Positions 36,858 to 45,949 of a DNA stretch of 64,000 nucleotides are shown here, piece by piece. The translations under genes were made by a program, and so were the position numbers. The notes under the pieces were generated by a model that was given only the letters and a program-made list of their open reading frames with translations, was not told the origin of the DNA and did not search any database. The stretch spans positions 112,082-176,081 of the forward strand of contig CAVXIL010000002.1 of assembly GCA_963761895.1 (NCBI GenBank), in the 5' to 3' direction. Position 1 is the stretch's first letter; each line of letters begins with the position of its first letter. This DNA is from an uncultured Alphaproteobacteria bacterium. GTDB taxonomy: Bacteria; Pseudomonadota; Alphaproteobacteria; Rhizobiales; Xanthobacteraceae.

Positions 36858-38768
36858 ATGAACATCCAGGACAACAGCCGCTATCACGAAGTCCATGCCC
36901 GTTCGCTCAGGGATCCCGAGGGGTTCTGGGGCGAGGCGGCGCGCGACATCGACTGGATCGAGCCCGCCAAAAAGGTGTTCGATCCCGCGATGGGGCTGTA
37001 CGGGCGCTGGTTCGCCGGCGCCGTGGTCAACACCTGCTACAACGCGCTCGACCGCCATGTCGCCGATGGGCGCGCCGACCAGGTGGCGCTGATCCACGAT
37101 TCGCCGCTGGCGGGCAGCGTCACCAAATTGACCTATGCCGAGATGCTGCATGAGGTGAAAACGCTTGCCGCCATCATGCAGGACTTCGGCATCGCCAAGG
37201 GCGACCGCGTCATCCTCTATATGCCGATGGTGCCGGAAGCCATGATCGCGATGCTGGCCTGCGCCCGGATCGGCGCGGTGCATTCGGTAGTGTTCGGCGG
37301 TTTTGCCGCCAAGGAACTGGCCACTCGGATCGAGGACGCCAAACCAAAACTGATCTTCTCGGCCAGCTGCGGGCTCGAGCCCGGCCGTATCGTGCAGTAC
37401 AAGCCGCTGCTCGAAGAGGCGATCAGACTTTCCAGCGTCAAGCCGCAGGCCTGCATCATCCTGCAGCGGTCGCAGCAGGGCTGCGAACTCAGAGTCGGGC
37501 GCGATCACGACTGGGCGGAACTCCGGGCCAAGGCCATGGCGGCAAAAAAATCCGCCGACTGCGTGCCGGTGCTGGCGACCGATCCGCTCTATATCCTCTA
37601 CACCTCCGGCACCACGGGCAAGCCCAAGGGGGTGGTGCGCGACAATGGCGGGCATCTGGTCGCGCTGAAATGGTCGATGTTCAATCTCTACGGCGTCAAG
37701 CCCGGCGAAGTGTTCTGGTGCGGCTCTGATATCGGCTGGGTGGTGGGCCACAGCTACATCATCTACGGGCCGTTGTTTCACGGCGCGACCTCGATCATGT
37801 ATGAGGGCAAGCCGATCGGCACGCCGGACGCCGGCGCCTTCTGGCGCGTCATTTCGGAACACAAGGCGGTGGCGTTCTTCACCGCGCCGACCGCGTTCCG
37901 CGCCATCCGCAAGGAAGACCCCGACGGCAAATTCATCCGCCAGCATGATCTGACGAAATTCCGCACGCTGTTTCTCGCCGGCGAGCGCGCCGATCCGCCG
38001 ACGGTGGCATGGGCGGAAGCGCAATTGAGGGTGCCCGTCATCGATCACTGGTGGCAGACCGAAACCGGCTGGTGCATCGCCGGCAATCCGGTGGGGCTCG
38101 GCATGCTGCCGGTGAAGCACGGCTCGCCGACGGTGCCGATGCCGGGCTATCAGGTCGACGTCGTCGACGAAGCGACAAAACCGCTGCCCGCTGATGTCAT
38201 GGGCTCGATCGTCATCAAACTGCCGATGCCGCCGGGCTGCCTGCCGACGCTGTGGGAGCAGGACGAGCGCTGCAAGGAAGCCTATTTCAACGAATTCCCC
38301 GGCTACTACAAAACCTCCGACGCCGGCTACAAGGACGCGGACGGCTACGTCTATGTGATGGGCCGTACCGACGACATCATCAATGTCGCCGGCCACCGGC
38401 TCTCCACCGGCGGCATGGAAGAGATTCTCGCTTCCCATCCCGACGTCGCCGAATGCGCGGTGCTCGGCATCAAGGACCCGATCAAGGGCGAGGTGCCCTG
38501 CGGCTTCCTGGTGCTGAAGGCCGGGGTGACCAGAAGCCATGCCGAGATCGAGAAGGAGATCGTGGCGCTGGTGCGCGACAAGCTCGGCCCCGTCGCCGCG
38601 TTCAAGCTCGCCATCACGGTGGGCCGGCTGCCGAAGACCCGTTCGGGCAAAATCCTGCGCGGCACCATCAAGAAGATCGCCGACGGCGAGCCATGGACGA
38701 TGCCCGCGACCATCGAGGATCCCAAGGTGCTCGACGAGATCGGGGACGCGCTGAAGGGAAGGGTGTGA
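36858..38768 (+). CDS. prpE: propionate--CoA ligase (acyl-CoA synthetase, PrpE-like)
   Basis: 636 aa from ATG 36858. Close by-eye match to PrpE blocks: CARIGAVHSVVFGGFA, LYTSGTTGKPKGV, SDIGWVVGHSYIIYGPL, GRTDDIINVAGHRL, LPKTRSGKILR. Confidence 0.8.
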   Translation: MNIQDNSRYHEVHARSLRDPEGFWGEAARDIDWIEPAKKVFDPAMGLYGRWFAGAVVNTCYNALDRHVADGRADQVALIHDSPLAGSVTKLTYAEMLHEVKTLAAIMQDFGIAKGDRVILYMPMVPEAMIAMLACARIGAVHSVVFGGFAAKELATRIEDAKPKLIFSASCGLEPGRIVQYKPLLEEAIRLSSVKPQACIILQRSQQGCELRVGRDHDWAELRAKAMAAKKSADCVPVLATDPLYILYTSGTTGKPKGVVRDNGGHLVALKWSMFNLYGVKPGEVFWCGSDIGWVVGHSYIIYGPLFHGATSIMYEGKPIGTPDAGAFWRVISEHKAVAFFTAPTAFRAIRKEDPDGKFIRQHDLTKFRTLFLAGERADPPTVAWAEAQLRVPVIDHWWQTETGWCIAGNPVGLGMLPVKHGSPTVPMPGYQVDVVDEATKPLPADVMGSIVIKLPMPPGCLPTLWEQDERCKEAYFNEFPGYYKTSDAGYKDADGYVYVMGRTDDIINVAGHRLSTGGMEEILASHPDVAECAVLGIKDPIKGEVPCGFLVLKAGVTRSHAEIEKEIVALVRDKLGPVAAFKLAITVGRLPKTRSGKILRGTIKKIADGEPWTMPATIEDPKVLDEIGDALKGRV

Positions 38769-38798
38769 ACCTTCTTGAATAGGCCTCATTTTTCTGAA

Positions 38799-38907
38799 CC
38801 TCATCCTGAGGAGCGCGCCATTGCGCGCGTCTCGAAGGATGAAAACCTGCACAGATTGTTTTTCTCATGGTTCGAGACGCCCGCTGCGCGGGCTCCTCAC
38901 CATGAGG
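38799..38907. repeat. REP/MITE-like element, family D (CCTCATCCTGAGGAGCGCG...CTCCTCACCATGAGG)
   Basis: Two hairpins (GAGGAGCGCGCCATTGCGCGCGTCTC; GAGACGCCCGCTGCGCGGGCTCCTC) bracketed by inverted CCTCAT/ATGAGG. Confidence 0.7.
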
Positions 38908-38923
38908 CGCGGAAGGTATAGGC

Positions 38924-39184
38924 ATGAGATCGAGAATTTTGATGGCGCTGTTGCTGATCGCGCCGCTGCTTGCCGGCTGCCTCGAGCGCGGACAGTCGAC
39001 GATGGTCAATGCAGGCGGCGATGACGATGATGCGTTCTGCCGCGCCAGCAGTAAGGTCGGTTCGCCGGAATATGTCGCCTGCCGTAGGGATCGCGATGTT
39101 CAACGCAGCAACGCCAACGGGCGCGCCGACCGGCAGCAGCGCGACCTCGGCGAGTACATGCTGAACAACCCGGTTCACCCGTAA
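38924..39184 (+). CDS. small lipoprotein, unknown function
   Basis: Signal peptide with lipobox LLAGC; 86 aa. Confidence 0.6.
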   Translation: MRSRILMALLLIAPLLAGCLERGQSTMVNAGGDDDDAFCRASSKVGSPEYVACRRDRDVQRSNANGRADRQQRDLGEYMLNNPVHP

Positions 39185-39310
39185 CGGGCGTCATCCCCGC
39201 GTAATCGCATGGCCCGTATCGCCGAAGGTGCGAGTTCCTGCGAGGCTCGAAGGATGGGAGTTGGTGCGGAGCTTTATCGGTGTAGGATCGAAGTTGAACA
39301 GGAGGCGGCC

Positions 39311-39517
39311 ATGAACGAAGACGTTTTCAACACCAGCCTGCGCAAATTTCTCAAGAAGGTCGGCGTCACCTCGCAGCGCGAGATCGAAAAGGCGGTGCGC
39401 GACGCGGTCGAAGACGGCCGTCTCAAGGGCCACGAAAAGCTGCCGGCCAAAATGGTACTCACCGTCGGCGGCGTCAGCCTGACGCATGAGATCGACGACG
39501 AGATCGAACTGGGGTAG
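39311..39517 (+). CDS. small conserved protein (DUF6494-like by recollection)
   Basis: RBS AGGAGG 39299-39304 then ATG 39311. The 68-aa protein reads MNEDVFNTSLRKFLKKVGVTSQREIEKAV... Confidence 0.6.
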   Translation: MNEDVFNTSLRKFLKKVGVTSQREIEKAVRDAVEDGRLKGHEKLPAKMVLTVGGVSLTHEIDDEIELG

Positions 39518-39534
39518 GTCGAGCGAGGCGTACC

Positions 39535-39683
39535 TCTTCCTTCCCCTCTCCCCTTGCGGGAGAGGGTGGACGCGATGCGAAGCATCGCGGACGGGTGAGG
39601 GGTCTGTCTCCGCGGATAGCGACCCCTCATCCGGCGCGCTTTGCGCGCCACCTTCTCCCACAAGGGGAGAAGGGAAGAAGTGC
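39535..39683. repeat. modular REP cluster, family B
   Basis: CCCTCTCCCCTTGCGGGAGAGGG, GGTGAGGGG...GACCCCTCATCC and CCTTCTCCCACAAGGGGAGAAGG. Confidence 0.85.
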
Positions 39684-39756
39684 TTCATCAGGGATTTCGA
39701 ACGGTGCGCCTCTCGCCGAGGGCGGCAGCGTGGTGCTCAAATCCTGGGCGCGCCAC

Positions 39757-39820
39757 GCAAGCGTTCCCTGCGGCAAGCGTTCCCTGCGGCAAGCGTTCCC
39801 TGCGGCAAGCGTTCCCTGCG
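39757..39820. repeat. perfect 4 x 16-bp tandem repeat (GCAAGCGTTCCCTGCG)
   Basis: Four identical head-to-tail copies, 30 bp beyond the stop of the modA-like gene. Confidence 0.9.
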
Positions 39821-39850
39821 GAAAGGCCCGTTGTCCCGGGTTGCGTCTCT

Positions 39851-40666
39851 TCAGGGGCGATCTGGCGCGACCGACGCTACCGGCTCGAAGCCGTGGCTGC
39901 GCAGAGTGGCCTGACCTTCCTCCGACATCACGAAAGCAGCGAAGCGTAACGCGACAGGCTTGTTATCGACGATGACCATTCCGTACGCCGGTTCAACGGT
40001 GAGCGTCGCAGGCAATTTGACGGACGTGAGAGACGGCATCTCACTTTGCAGCGCCGGGACGGCGCTACAATAAATCAGCATCACGTCCGCCTGGTCGGCA
40101 AGAAATATGCCTTCGACGGCGCCCTTGCCCGGCACCAGAGCTGGCGTTTTCTCCCCGCCGCCGACCAGTTTTTTTGCTTTTGCCTCCAATATCGCACGAG
40201 CACCCGGCTTGAGTGCGTCCGCCCGGGCGAACACCTCCCAGCTGTACGTTCCCATCGGATCGGAGCCTGGCGTCGATGTCGCTATTCGCACCGCGGGGTC
40301 GAGCAGCCGATCGAGAAGGTTCGTCTGATTGAGATCCAGCTTCGGACGGGCGAGTGCGCACAGGCTGTTGCGCGCGAAATGGATCACCATGCGCTCGGGA
40401 TGGCCCGCGGCCAGTCGTCGCGGCTGTTCCATGTCTGCCGACGCAAATAGATCGACGGCCGCGCCTTTTTCGATCTTTTGACGGAGCAAACCGGAGGCCC
40501 CGAACTCCGGTGCATCGACCGTGTCGGATTGAGGCGGAAATCGATGCAAGAGGTCCGTCAGGGCTGCGCGGAGACTGCCTGCGCTCATGACCTTCAAGGT
40601 GTCCGCCCGGGCCGGCGCCGAGAAAATCGCAAGGGCGACTGTTAGACAGAAGACGTTTCGCAGCAT
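39851..40666 (-). CDS. ModA-family (molybdate/tungstate-type) periplasmic binding protein, orphan
   Basis: Signal peptide. Blocks parallel E. coli ModA: LKVMSAGSL, FGASGLLRQKIEKGAAVDLFASAD, RIATSTPGSDPMGTYSWEVF, LIYCSAV. No modBC genes are adjacent. Confidence 0.75.
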   Translation of the reverse strand: MLRNVFCLTVALAIFSAPARADTLKVMSAGSLRAALTDLLHRFPPQSDTVDAPEFGASGLLRQKIEKGAAVDLFASADMEQPRRLAAGHPERMVIHFARNSLCALARPKLDLNQTNLLDRLLDPAVRIATSTPGSDPMGTYSWEVFARADALKPGARAILEAKAKKLVGGGEKTPALVPGKGAVEGIFLADQADVMLIYCSAVPALQSEMPSLTSVKLPATLTVEPAYGMVIVDNKPVALRFAAFVMSEEGQATLRSHGFEPVASVAPDRP

Positions 40667-40782
40667 GAATTCTCCAAAGTGTTGCTTCGAGGTCAGTGCA
40701 ATACCGATCGCTGTATGCTTACGACTGAATCCGGTTCAGCGCGATGGGTTTTTGTTGCGCCAAATGCGGTTTCCGGGTAACG

Positions 40783-40806
40783 CGCTATATCTGCTCAGAT
40801 ATAGCG
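40783..40806. promoter_or_regulatory. 24-bp palindrome CGCTATATCTG-CT-CAGATATAGCG, ModE-box-like operator candidate
   Basis: Arms match 11/11. The site is 48 nt upstream of the TonB-dependent receptor ATG and 117 nt upstream of the divergent modA-like start. The CGnTATAT-N8-ATATAnCG layout matches ModE operators as I recall them. Confidence 0.45.
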
Positions 40807-40853
40807 TCCTGTGTCTCTATCAATCCGGGGTTCTTGAGAGGTTTAAGCAAGGA

Positions 40854-43148
40854 ATGAAATATGCCACAGCGGCCGGCCTCCTGCTGGCGAGCTTTGTTTC
40901 GAAGACTGTTGACGTCGCCTACGCTCAGCAGGCACCTCTCCCGCCAGTCACGATTTACGGTCCAAAGCCACTGACCAGCCGGCAAGCCCGGTCAGTTGCT
41001 CAGAAAGACAACGCACCTGGAAAAAAGAAGCGAACGGCGCGTCGAGCGGTCCCGCCGCCGCCAGCCGGCGCGCCTGCACAGGCTGACGCCGGCGCGACGT
41101 CCACTTCGGGCGTCCACAATGCCGCGACGAACCCTCAATACAATACCGAAACGGTCAATCTCGGCCCTCTTGGAAACCGGAAACTGCTCGACACGCCCTT
41201 TTCGGTAACAACGATCCCTCAGGATTTGATCGAAAACCTGCAATTGAAGACCGTCACCGATACGCTTCGATACCTTCCCTCGGTCGAGGTAAGGGACCAG
41301 CAAGGTTTTGAAGTCTCGCGTCCCCAGTCGCGAGGCTTCCAGGGCAGCATCGTGCAGGCGACACGACTCGATGGTCTCAATATTATCGGCACCACCGCAA
41401 TTCCAGCCGAGAACCTTTCCGGCATCCAGGTGCTGAACGGGCTCGCCGGTTCGCTCTACGGACCTGCTACCCCGGCCGGCGTGTTCAACTACGTCTTGAA
41501 ACGGCCGACGGACGCACCGTTTGCGAGTTACACGCAGGGCTTCGATTCGAATTCGGTGTTCACCGAGAATATCGATGCCGGCGGACGCACCCCTGACGGA
41601 ACGGTTGGCTATCGGTTCAACGTCGTTCATGGCCAGGGCGAGAGTTATGTACCGGAAAGCTATACCGACCGCACGCTGGCGAGCGGCGCCCTTGATTTCC
41701 ACATCGACGACCATACCGTCGTCGAAACCGACTTCAGCCACTACGAGACCAACACCACGGGCCTGCCCGGCAGTATCGTTTATTTCGGCAAGCCGAATTA
41801 CCCTGTGCTGCCTGCCGCCGTCAATCCGGCCCCCCCAGGCTACGGGCAACCCGGCGCGGGCGCGGATCTCATCACCAATACCGGTCTGGTCAAGATCAAG
41901 CATGAGATCAACAACGACTGGAATTTCGAGATTGGCGGCCTCTATCAGGATGCCGTGCGCAATCTGTTCGGCATCACCAATACGCTGACGGACAATTCCG
42001 GGGATTATTCGGTTGTCAAGAACTTCACCGCCGTTCCGCACTTCACGGTCGCCAGCAACACCGCTTCGTTGAACGGGCGGTTCGATCTGTTCGGTTTCAG
42101 AAACGAACTGACGATCGGGACCAACGGATTCTTCAACGGTCAGTATTCCTATGTAAACTCCATCGCCGTCCCACTCGGCACCTCGAACCTGGCCGACCCC
42201 GCGGTACTGCCGACCCAGCCCACCCCGAACAATGGCGGAGAATACAAGTCCGCGATCCTGTCCAACCAGACGATCGTCACCGGCGACACGTTCCATTTCA
42301 ACGACCAGTGGGCGGTGCAAGCCGTTGCCAGCACGTCTTTCCTGCATTCAGAAAGCTTCTCGAGCACCGGTGCTGTTACCAGCCATAACGACACCGATGG
42401 CGTCGTCAGTCCAACCGTCAGCCTGATCTACAAGCCTGTCCCGAAACTCACGACCTATGCCACATTCGCCGACAGTGTCGAACAGGGCGAGCAAGCCCCC
42501 GCCTTGACGGCCAATGTCAATCAGTTTCTTGCGCCATATCATGACCAGGAGTACGAGGTCGGCACCAAATACGCTTTCACGCCCGGACTTCTCGCAACCT
42601 TCGCGTTGTTCCACATGACACGCCCGCTCGCGGCGACCGATCCGGTTTCGAACATCTTCGAGGTCGTAGGCACGCAACGCAACAACGGCGCCGAGTTTTT
42701 CCTTCAGGGCGCTATCTCCCCTGATCTGTCGGTGTTCGGCGGCGTAACCTACATCGACGCAAGACTGCAGAATACCGGAGATGCTTCGACCAACGACAAA
42801 CTCGTCGTCGGTGTCCCGCTCGTCAAAAGCGATATTGCCGTCGACTATCACGCAGCCTTTCTGCAAGGTTTTGCGTTGACGGGCGCCTTTCATGCGGAGG
42901 GCGAACGCGCCGCTACCAACACGAACAATTCCTATGCGCCGCCCTATGCGACGTTCGATATCGGAATTCGCGTTTCGAGAACTTTCGACAAACGAACCAT
43001 AACGGCGCGCTTTCAAGTGCTCAATGTCGGCAACGTGTTTTACTATTCATCGATTGCCGACGGCAATATTGTGGGAAGTCCCGGCGCCAACACCGCTTAC
43101 CTTGGAACGCCACGAACATACATGGCCAGTATCGAGATGGATTTTTGA
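40854..43148 (+). CDS. TonB-dependent (siderophore-type) outer-membrane receptor
   Basis: 764 aa from ATG 40854 (RBS AAGGA). Signal peptide, plug region (DTPFSVTTIPQDLIENLQLKTVTDTLRYLPSV), beta-barrel, terminal ...YMASIEMDF. Confidence 0.9.
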   Translation: MKYATAAGLLLASFVSKTVDVAYAQQAPLPPVTIYGPKPLTSRQARSVAQKDNAPGKKKRTARRAVPPPPAGAPAQADAGATSTSGVHNAATNPQYNTETVNLGPLGNRKLLDTPFSVTTIPQDLIENLQLKTVTDTLRYLPSVEVRDQQGFEVSRPQSRGFQGSIVQATRLDGLNIIGTTAIPAENLSGIQVLNGLAGSLYGPATPAGVFNYVLKRPTDAPFASYTQGFDSNSVFTENIDAGGRTPDGTVGYRFNVVHGQGESYVPESYTDRTLASGALDFHIDDHTVVETDFSHYETNTTGLPGSIVYFGKPNYPVLPAAVNPAPPGYGQPGAGADLITNTGLVKIKHEINNDWNFEIGGLYQDAVRNLFGITNTLTDNSGDYSVVKNFTAVPHFTVASNTASLNGRFDLFGFRNELTIGTNGFFNGQYSYVNSIAVPLGTSNLADPAVLPTQPTPNNGGEYKSAILSNQTIVTGDTFHFNDQWAVQAVASTSFLHSESFSSTGAVTSHNDTDGVVSPTVSLIYKPVPKLTTYATFADSVEQGEQAPALTANVNQFLAPYHDQEYEVGTKYAFTPGLLATFALFHMTRPLAATDPVSNIFEVVGTQRNNGAEFFLQGAISPDLSVFGGVTYIDARLQNTGDASTNDKLVVGVPLVKSDIAVDYHAAFLQGFALTGAFHAEGERAATNTNNSYAPPYATFDIGIRVSRTFDKRTITARFQVLNVGNVFYYSSIADGNIVGSPGANTAYLGTPRTYMASIEMDF

Positions 43149-43396
43149 GATAATCTGCTGATGACCTGATCGGTCTCGATGTAGCCGCAGGTCGTGATTT
43201 TCCGGAACGGTTGCTCTGCTGCCGCTGGGGTCGAAGGATGCGCTCCCCACCATGGGGAAGCACGGCGAGCCGGCAGGCGCGCGCAAGCCGGCCAGAGCAA
43301 TCCGTGTTTGCGCGCCAGCCAATCGCAAAGCATTCCGGCAGTCTCGGCGACGAGTGATTCACAGGGTTCGCGACGACGGCAAGAAAAATTTCTCGA

Positions 43397-44278
43397 TCAA
43401 GCCGGATCGAGGATGCCGAAGAAGGCGACGAGCCCGAGAACGCCGGCTCCCAGCGCCAGTTCGGCGTAGGTGCCGTTACGAATCTGGATTATCGCGCGGT
43501 CAGGTTCTGTAACCATGCGGGGCACGAAGATATAGCGGTTCACGAGGGCGAGGCCGGTCATGCCGGCGACCAGGGCAATCTTGGCAACCAGCAGCATCTG
43601 ATAGGCCGAGGCAAAATCGGTCGGCCAGCGCCCTAACACCAGGACAGTGTTTACAATTCCGGTCGCGATCGCCAGCGCAACAGCAAGATGACCCGCCGAA
43701 GAAAACCGGCGGAGTGCGGTCTTGGCTTCCGTGCAGAAGGCAGGGTCACGCAGGCGGGCGAGACAGCCCGGCAGAGCGAGCAGCGAGCCGAGCCAGGCGC
43801 CGCCGGAGAGGAGATGCAGGGCATCGTTGAGGATGTGGAGCACACCCCGCGTGCCTTCGTCCATATTGGCGTGACCGGTGAGCGCGAGGCTCGCGAGAAG
43901 CGAGCCGGATAGCGCCAGCCTTGCAATGGGAGTCGTGCGCCAGAGCAGCGCTGCCGCCAGAAGGAGCGATAGAGCCAGCCGAACCAGCCAGGCTTTGCCC
44001 ATCGCGGTATCGCACAGAATGGCTGACAAAGTGCTGCGATCGACGGCCGATTGCCAGCTCTCCCCGATGACAGCCGCTTCGATTGGCAACCACGCCAAAG
44101 TCGAGAGTACGGCGAGCGAGCTTGCTGCAACGATGAGGAATTTCGACGAAGCTGCGATGGCCTGGCCGAGTCGCTTTGGTGCGACCCAGGCGATAAAGCC
44201 GCTGACCCCATAGGCGGCGATCGCGGCCGCATCGAAACACAGCCGGACAAGTGCCAGTGCAACGTGCGGCGCGATCAA
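43397..44278 (-). CDS. copD: copper resistance/uptake membrane protein CopD
   Basis: Eight TM helices with LTGHANMDEG and HLLSGGAWLG motifs. The TTG start overlaps the copC stop (TTGA). Confidence 0.8.
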   Translation of the reverse strand: MIAPHVALALVRLCFDAAAIAAYGVSGFIAWVAPKRLGQAIAASSKFLIVAASSLAVLSTLAWLPIEAAVIGESWQSAVDRSTLSAILCDTAMGKAWLVRLALSLLLAAALLWRTTPIARLALSGSLLASLALTGHANMDEGTRGVLHILNDALHLLSGGAWLGSLLALPGCLARLRDPAFCTEAKTALRRFSSAGHLAVALAIATGIVNTVLVLGRWPTDFASAYQMLLVAKIALVAGMTGLALVNRYIFVPRMVTEPDRAIIQIRNGTYAELALGAGVLGLVAFFGILDPA

Positions 44279-44640
44279 GGACCTACCTTGAATTGATAGG
44301 TGCCGTGTGTGGTATGGCCGTCCTTGGCGAGCGCATACCATTCAACCGTATATGTGCCGGCGCCGAGCTGACCAGTGATGGGCACCATCATCAGCTTGTC
44401 GTCGCTCGGACTGAGCGACGGCGCTCCGGTCGATACGGCCTTGCCGTCCGATCCCTTCAACGTGACGCCGCTCAGCTTGATCTCCAGCCCTTCCGAAAAC
44501 GTCAGCGATAATGCGGTCGGCGCAGTCCCCACGGTCCCGTCGGCGGCAGGAACCTCAGCCCGCAGATGAGCATGCGCCCAGACACTGCCGTCGAACAGCA
44601 GGCAGGACAAAAGCGCAAGCGTACCGGTCGCGGTCTTCAT
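44275..44640 (-). CDS. copC: periplasmic copper-binding protein CopC
   Basis: Signal peptide then HAHL mature N-terminus, Ig-like beta pattern and YTVEWYALAKDGHTTHGTYQFKV. Confidence 0.85.
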   Translation of the reverse strand: MKTATGTLALLSCLLFDGSVWAHAHLRAEVPAADGTVGTAPTALSLTFSEGLEIKLSGVTLKGSDGKAVSTGAPSLSPSDDKLMMVPITGQLGAGTYTVEWYALAKDGHTTHGTYQFKVGP

Positions 44641-44885
44641 CGGGGAATCCTTCGTAAAGGCAGTCAGGTGGCTGGAAATCTGCCGGCGCTGAGAGCCGTG
44701 GTGCTCCACGTCACACCGCAGATGATGTTGCGAAATCGAACGCAAGCCTTTCGATTCGAACGCCGCAACACGCGCTCAACGTGACTCTAAGCACGCGATC
44801 TGCTTTCCCAACTAAATTAAATTTCAGGAAGTCGTCCCTTCTTCCTATTACTCTGCGCCCTGAAATCACGGCAAATCAGCACTGC

Positions 44886-44995
44886 GTCATGGCCGGGGTT
44901 GTCCAGGCCATCCACGTCTTGCTTGTCTGTATGCGGGTAAGTCATGGAAGCCCGGCACGTCCCCGATCGAGTAGGGGACAGGCGGCCGGGCATGA
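44886..44995. repeat. REP/MITE-like element, family C
   Basis: GTCATGGCCGGGGTTGTCCAGGCCATCCACGTCTTG...GGCGGCCGGGCATGAC. Confidence 0.8.
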
Positions 44996-45021
44996 CGAAG
45001 CGAGATGGGCAGTGCGTCTAG

Positions 45022-45255
45022 CTAATTCGCCAGACTGCCGAGCTTGGCGCCGATCGCGACGATCAGCAGCGCTCCGCCGGCATAGGCGAGGTATTCGGGG
45101 TGATGGCAAAACATCGGCGCTGTCGAGCAGACATCGCCCGCCCACGAGGTCCCGACCGAAATCTCGGCAGCAGCCTGCCAGAACAGGAACGCCGCCCCGC
45201 CGAGCAACAGCGCCATCAGAAAGGAGATTCCAGCCATCGAGCAATTCGTCCCCAA
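45022..45255 (-). CDS. possible small membrane protein
   Basis: 77-aa ORF with two hydrophobic helices. No other support. Confidence 0.35.
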   Translation of the reverse strand: MGTNCSMAGISFLMALLLGGAAFLFWQAAAEISVGTSWAGDVCSTAPMFCHHPEYLAYAGGALLIVAIGAKLGSLAN

Positions 45256-45356
45256 TTGCGGCGGATTGTACGCGCTGCGCGGGGGAAAGTAACCTCCGGT
45301 TAACTAACGTATGGGTGCCGGCGCTCCAATTAGTTTCTGATTTTCAGAAATTATTC

Positions 45357-45385
45357 TTGACGCCTGACCCAAATCACTTCTATAT
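45357..45385 (+). promoter_or_regulatory. sigma70-like promoter candidate TTGACG-N17-CTATAT
   Basis: Near-consensus -35/-10 for alphaproteobacteria, set in an AT-rich patch. It points into the non-coding repeat that the IS interrupts. Confidence 0.35.
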
Positions 45386-45391
45386 CCCCGC

Positions 45392-45683
45392 CATCCTGTT
45401 CCACTCAGAGGGGCGTTTCGCGAACGTCACGGACGCGGGGCGGGGTGCGGTGGACGCGACGGCGCGCTTGACGGGCGATGCCAACGCGGACGGCGAAGAC
45501 GTGTGGTCCTGACACCCCGACGCTGGTGTCAAGTCGGTGGAGGCAACTCTGCCGGCGACGGTGGCAAGAAAGCCGATCACCGGGGAGAGCACGGTATAAG
45601 CCGTAAACCATTGCGCGGGGAATGCCGGATGATTCCGGTGACTCGCTGTGAATACTTACTACCCAAGCGCACACGAGGCTTCT
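45392..45683 (+). repeat. left part of a long intergenic repeat-type sequence interrupted by the IS
   Basis: Its pseudo-translation (…ADGEDVWS*HPDAGVKSVEA…RKPITGE…YYPSAHEA) resembles a multicopy non-coding sequence I recall from Rhizobiales genomes. Only one copy lies in this window, so multicopy status is unverified. Confidence 0.35.
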
Positions 45684-45949
45684 GTAACGGGCGTGGGTTA
45701 GTCAATCCCTTTTTGCTTTATCCACTTGCCGGGCACTTGCTTCTGTTCGGGATCGGCGCAGGGCCGTCGCCTGATGGGGTTCATGAGAGGAACAGGCCGG
45801 CCGATCTGCGGAAAGCGTGATCACATGATTGGATGCGTCGACAACCCGTGTGACGGCCTGGCCTGGTCCTTCGTCCCGGCGAAGGGACTTCGCTTCGGGG
45901 AGAGGCCGGTGTGGTGGCCCGCCCGAAAACCGGTTCGTCCTCCCTGTTT
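45684..45949 (-). ncRNA. candidate bridge/seek RNA region of the IS (3' non-coding flank)
   Basis: 266 nt with no ORF lie downstream of the transposase, longer than the 156-nt 5' flank. IS110-family elements are known to encode a guide RNA in a non-coding end. No structure or guide has been verified here. Confidence 0.3.

Noticed and set aside
36666-38852. 728-aa minus-strand ORF
   Set aside because: Antisense to the PrpE-like ligase, which carries all the adenylate-forming enzyme motifs. Its ends also run through REP elements.
40667-40853. Cobalamin riboswitch, Fur box or Irr ICE box upstream of the TonB-dependent receptor
   Set aside because: I found no B12-box (GCCACTG-like) or riboswitch-sized conserved structure, no GATAATGATAATCATTATC-like site, and no TTTAGAA-N3-TTCTAAA-like palindrome. 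The only strong element is the TATAT-type palindrome reported as a finding.
40992-42347. 451-aa minus-strand ORF
   Set aside because: Antisense to the TonB-dependent receptor barrel; no family features.
45392-45683. Possible tmRNA or other classical structured RNA in the promoter-fed non-coding stretch
   Set aside because: The short frame ending ANADGEDVWS* does not resemble alphaproteobacterial tag peptides (AND..-type ending in AA). I also saw no tRNA-like acceptor/T-arm pairing.
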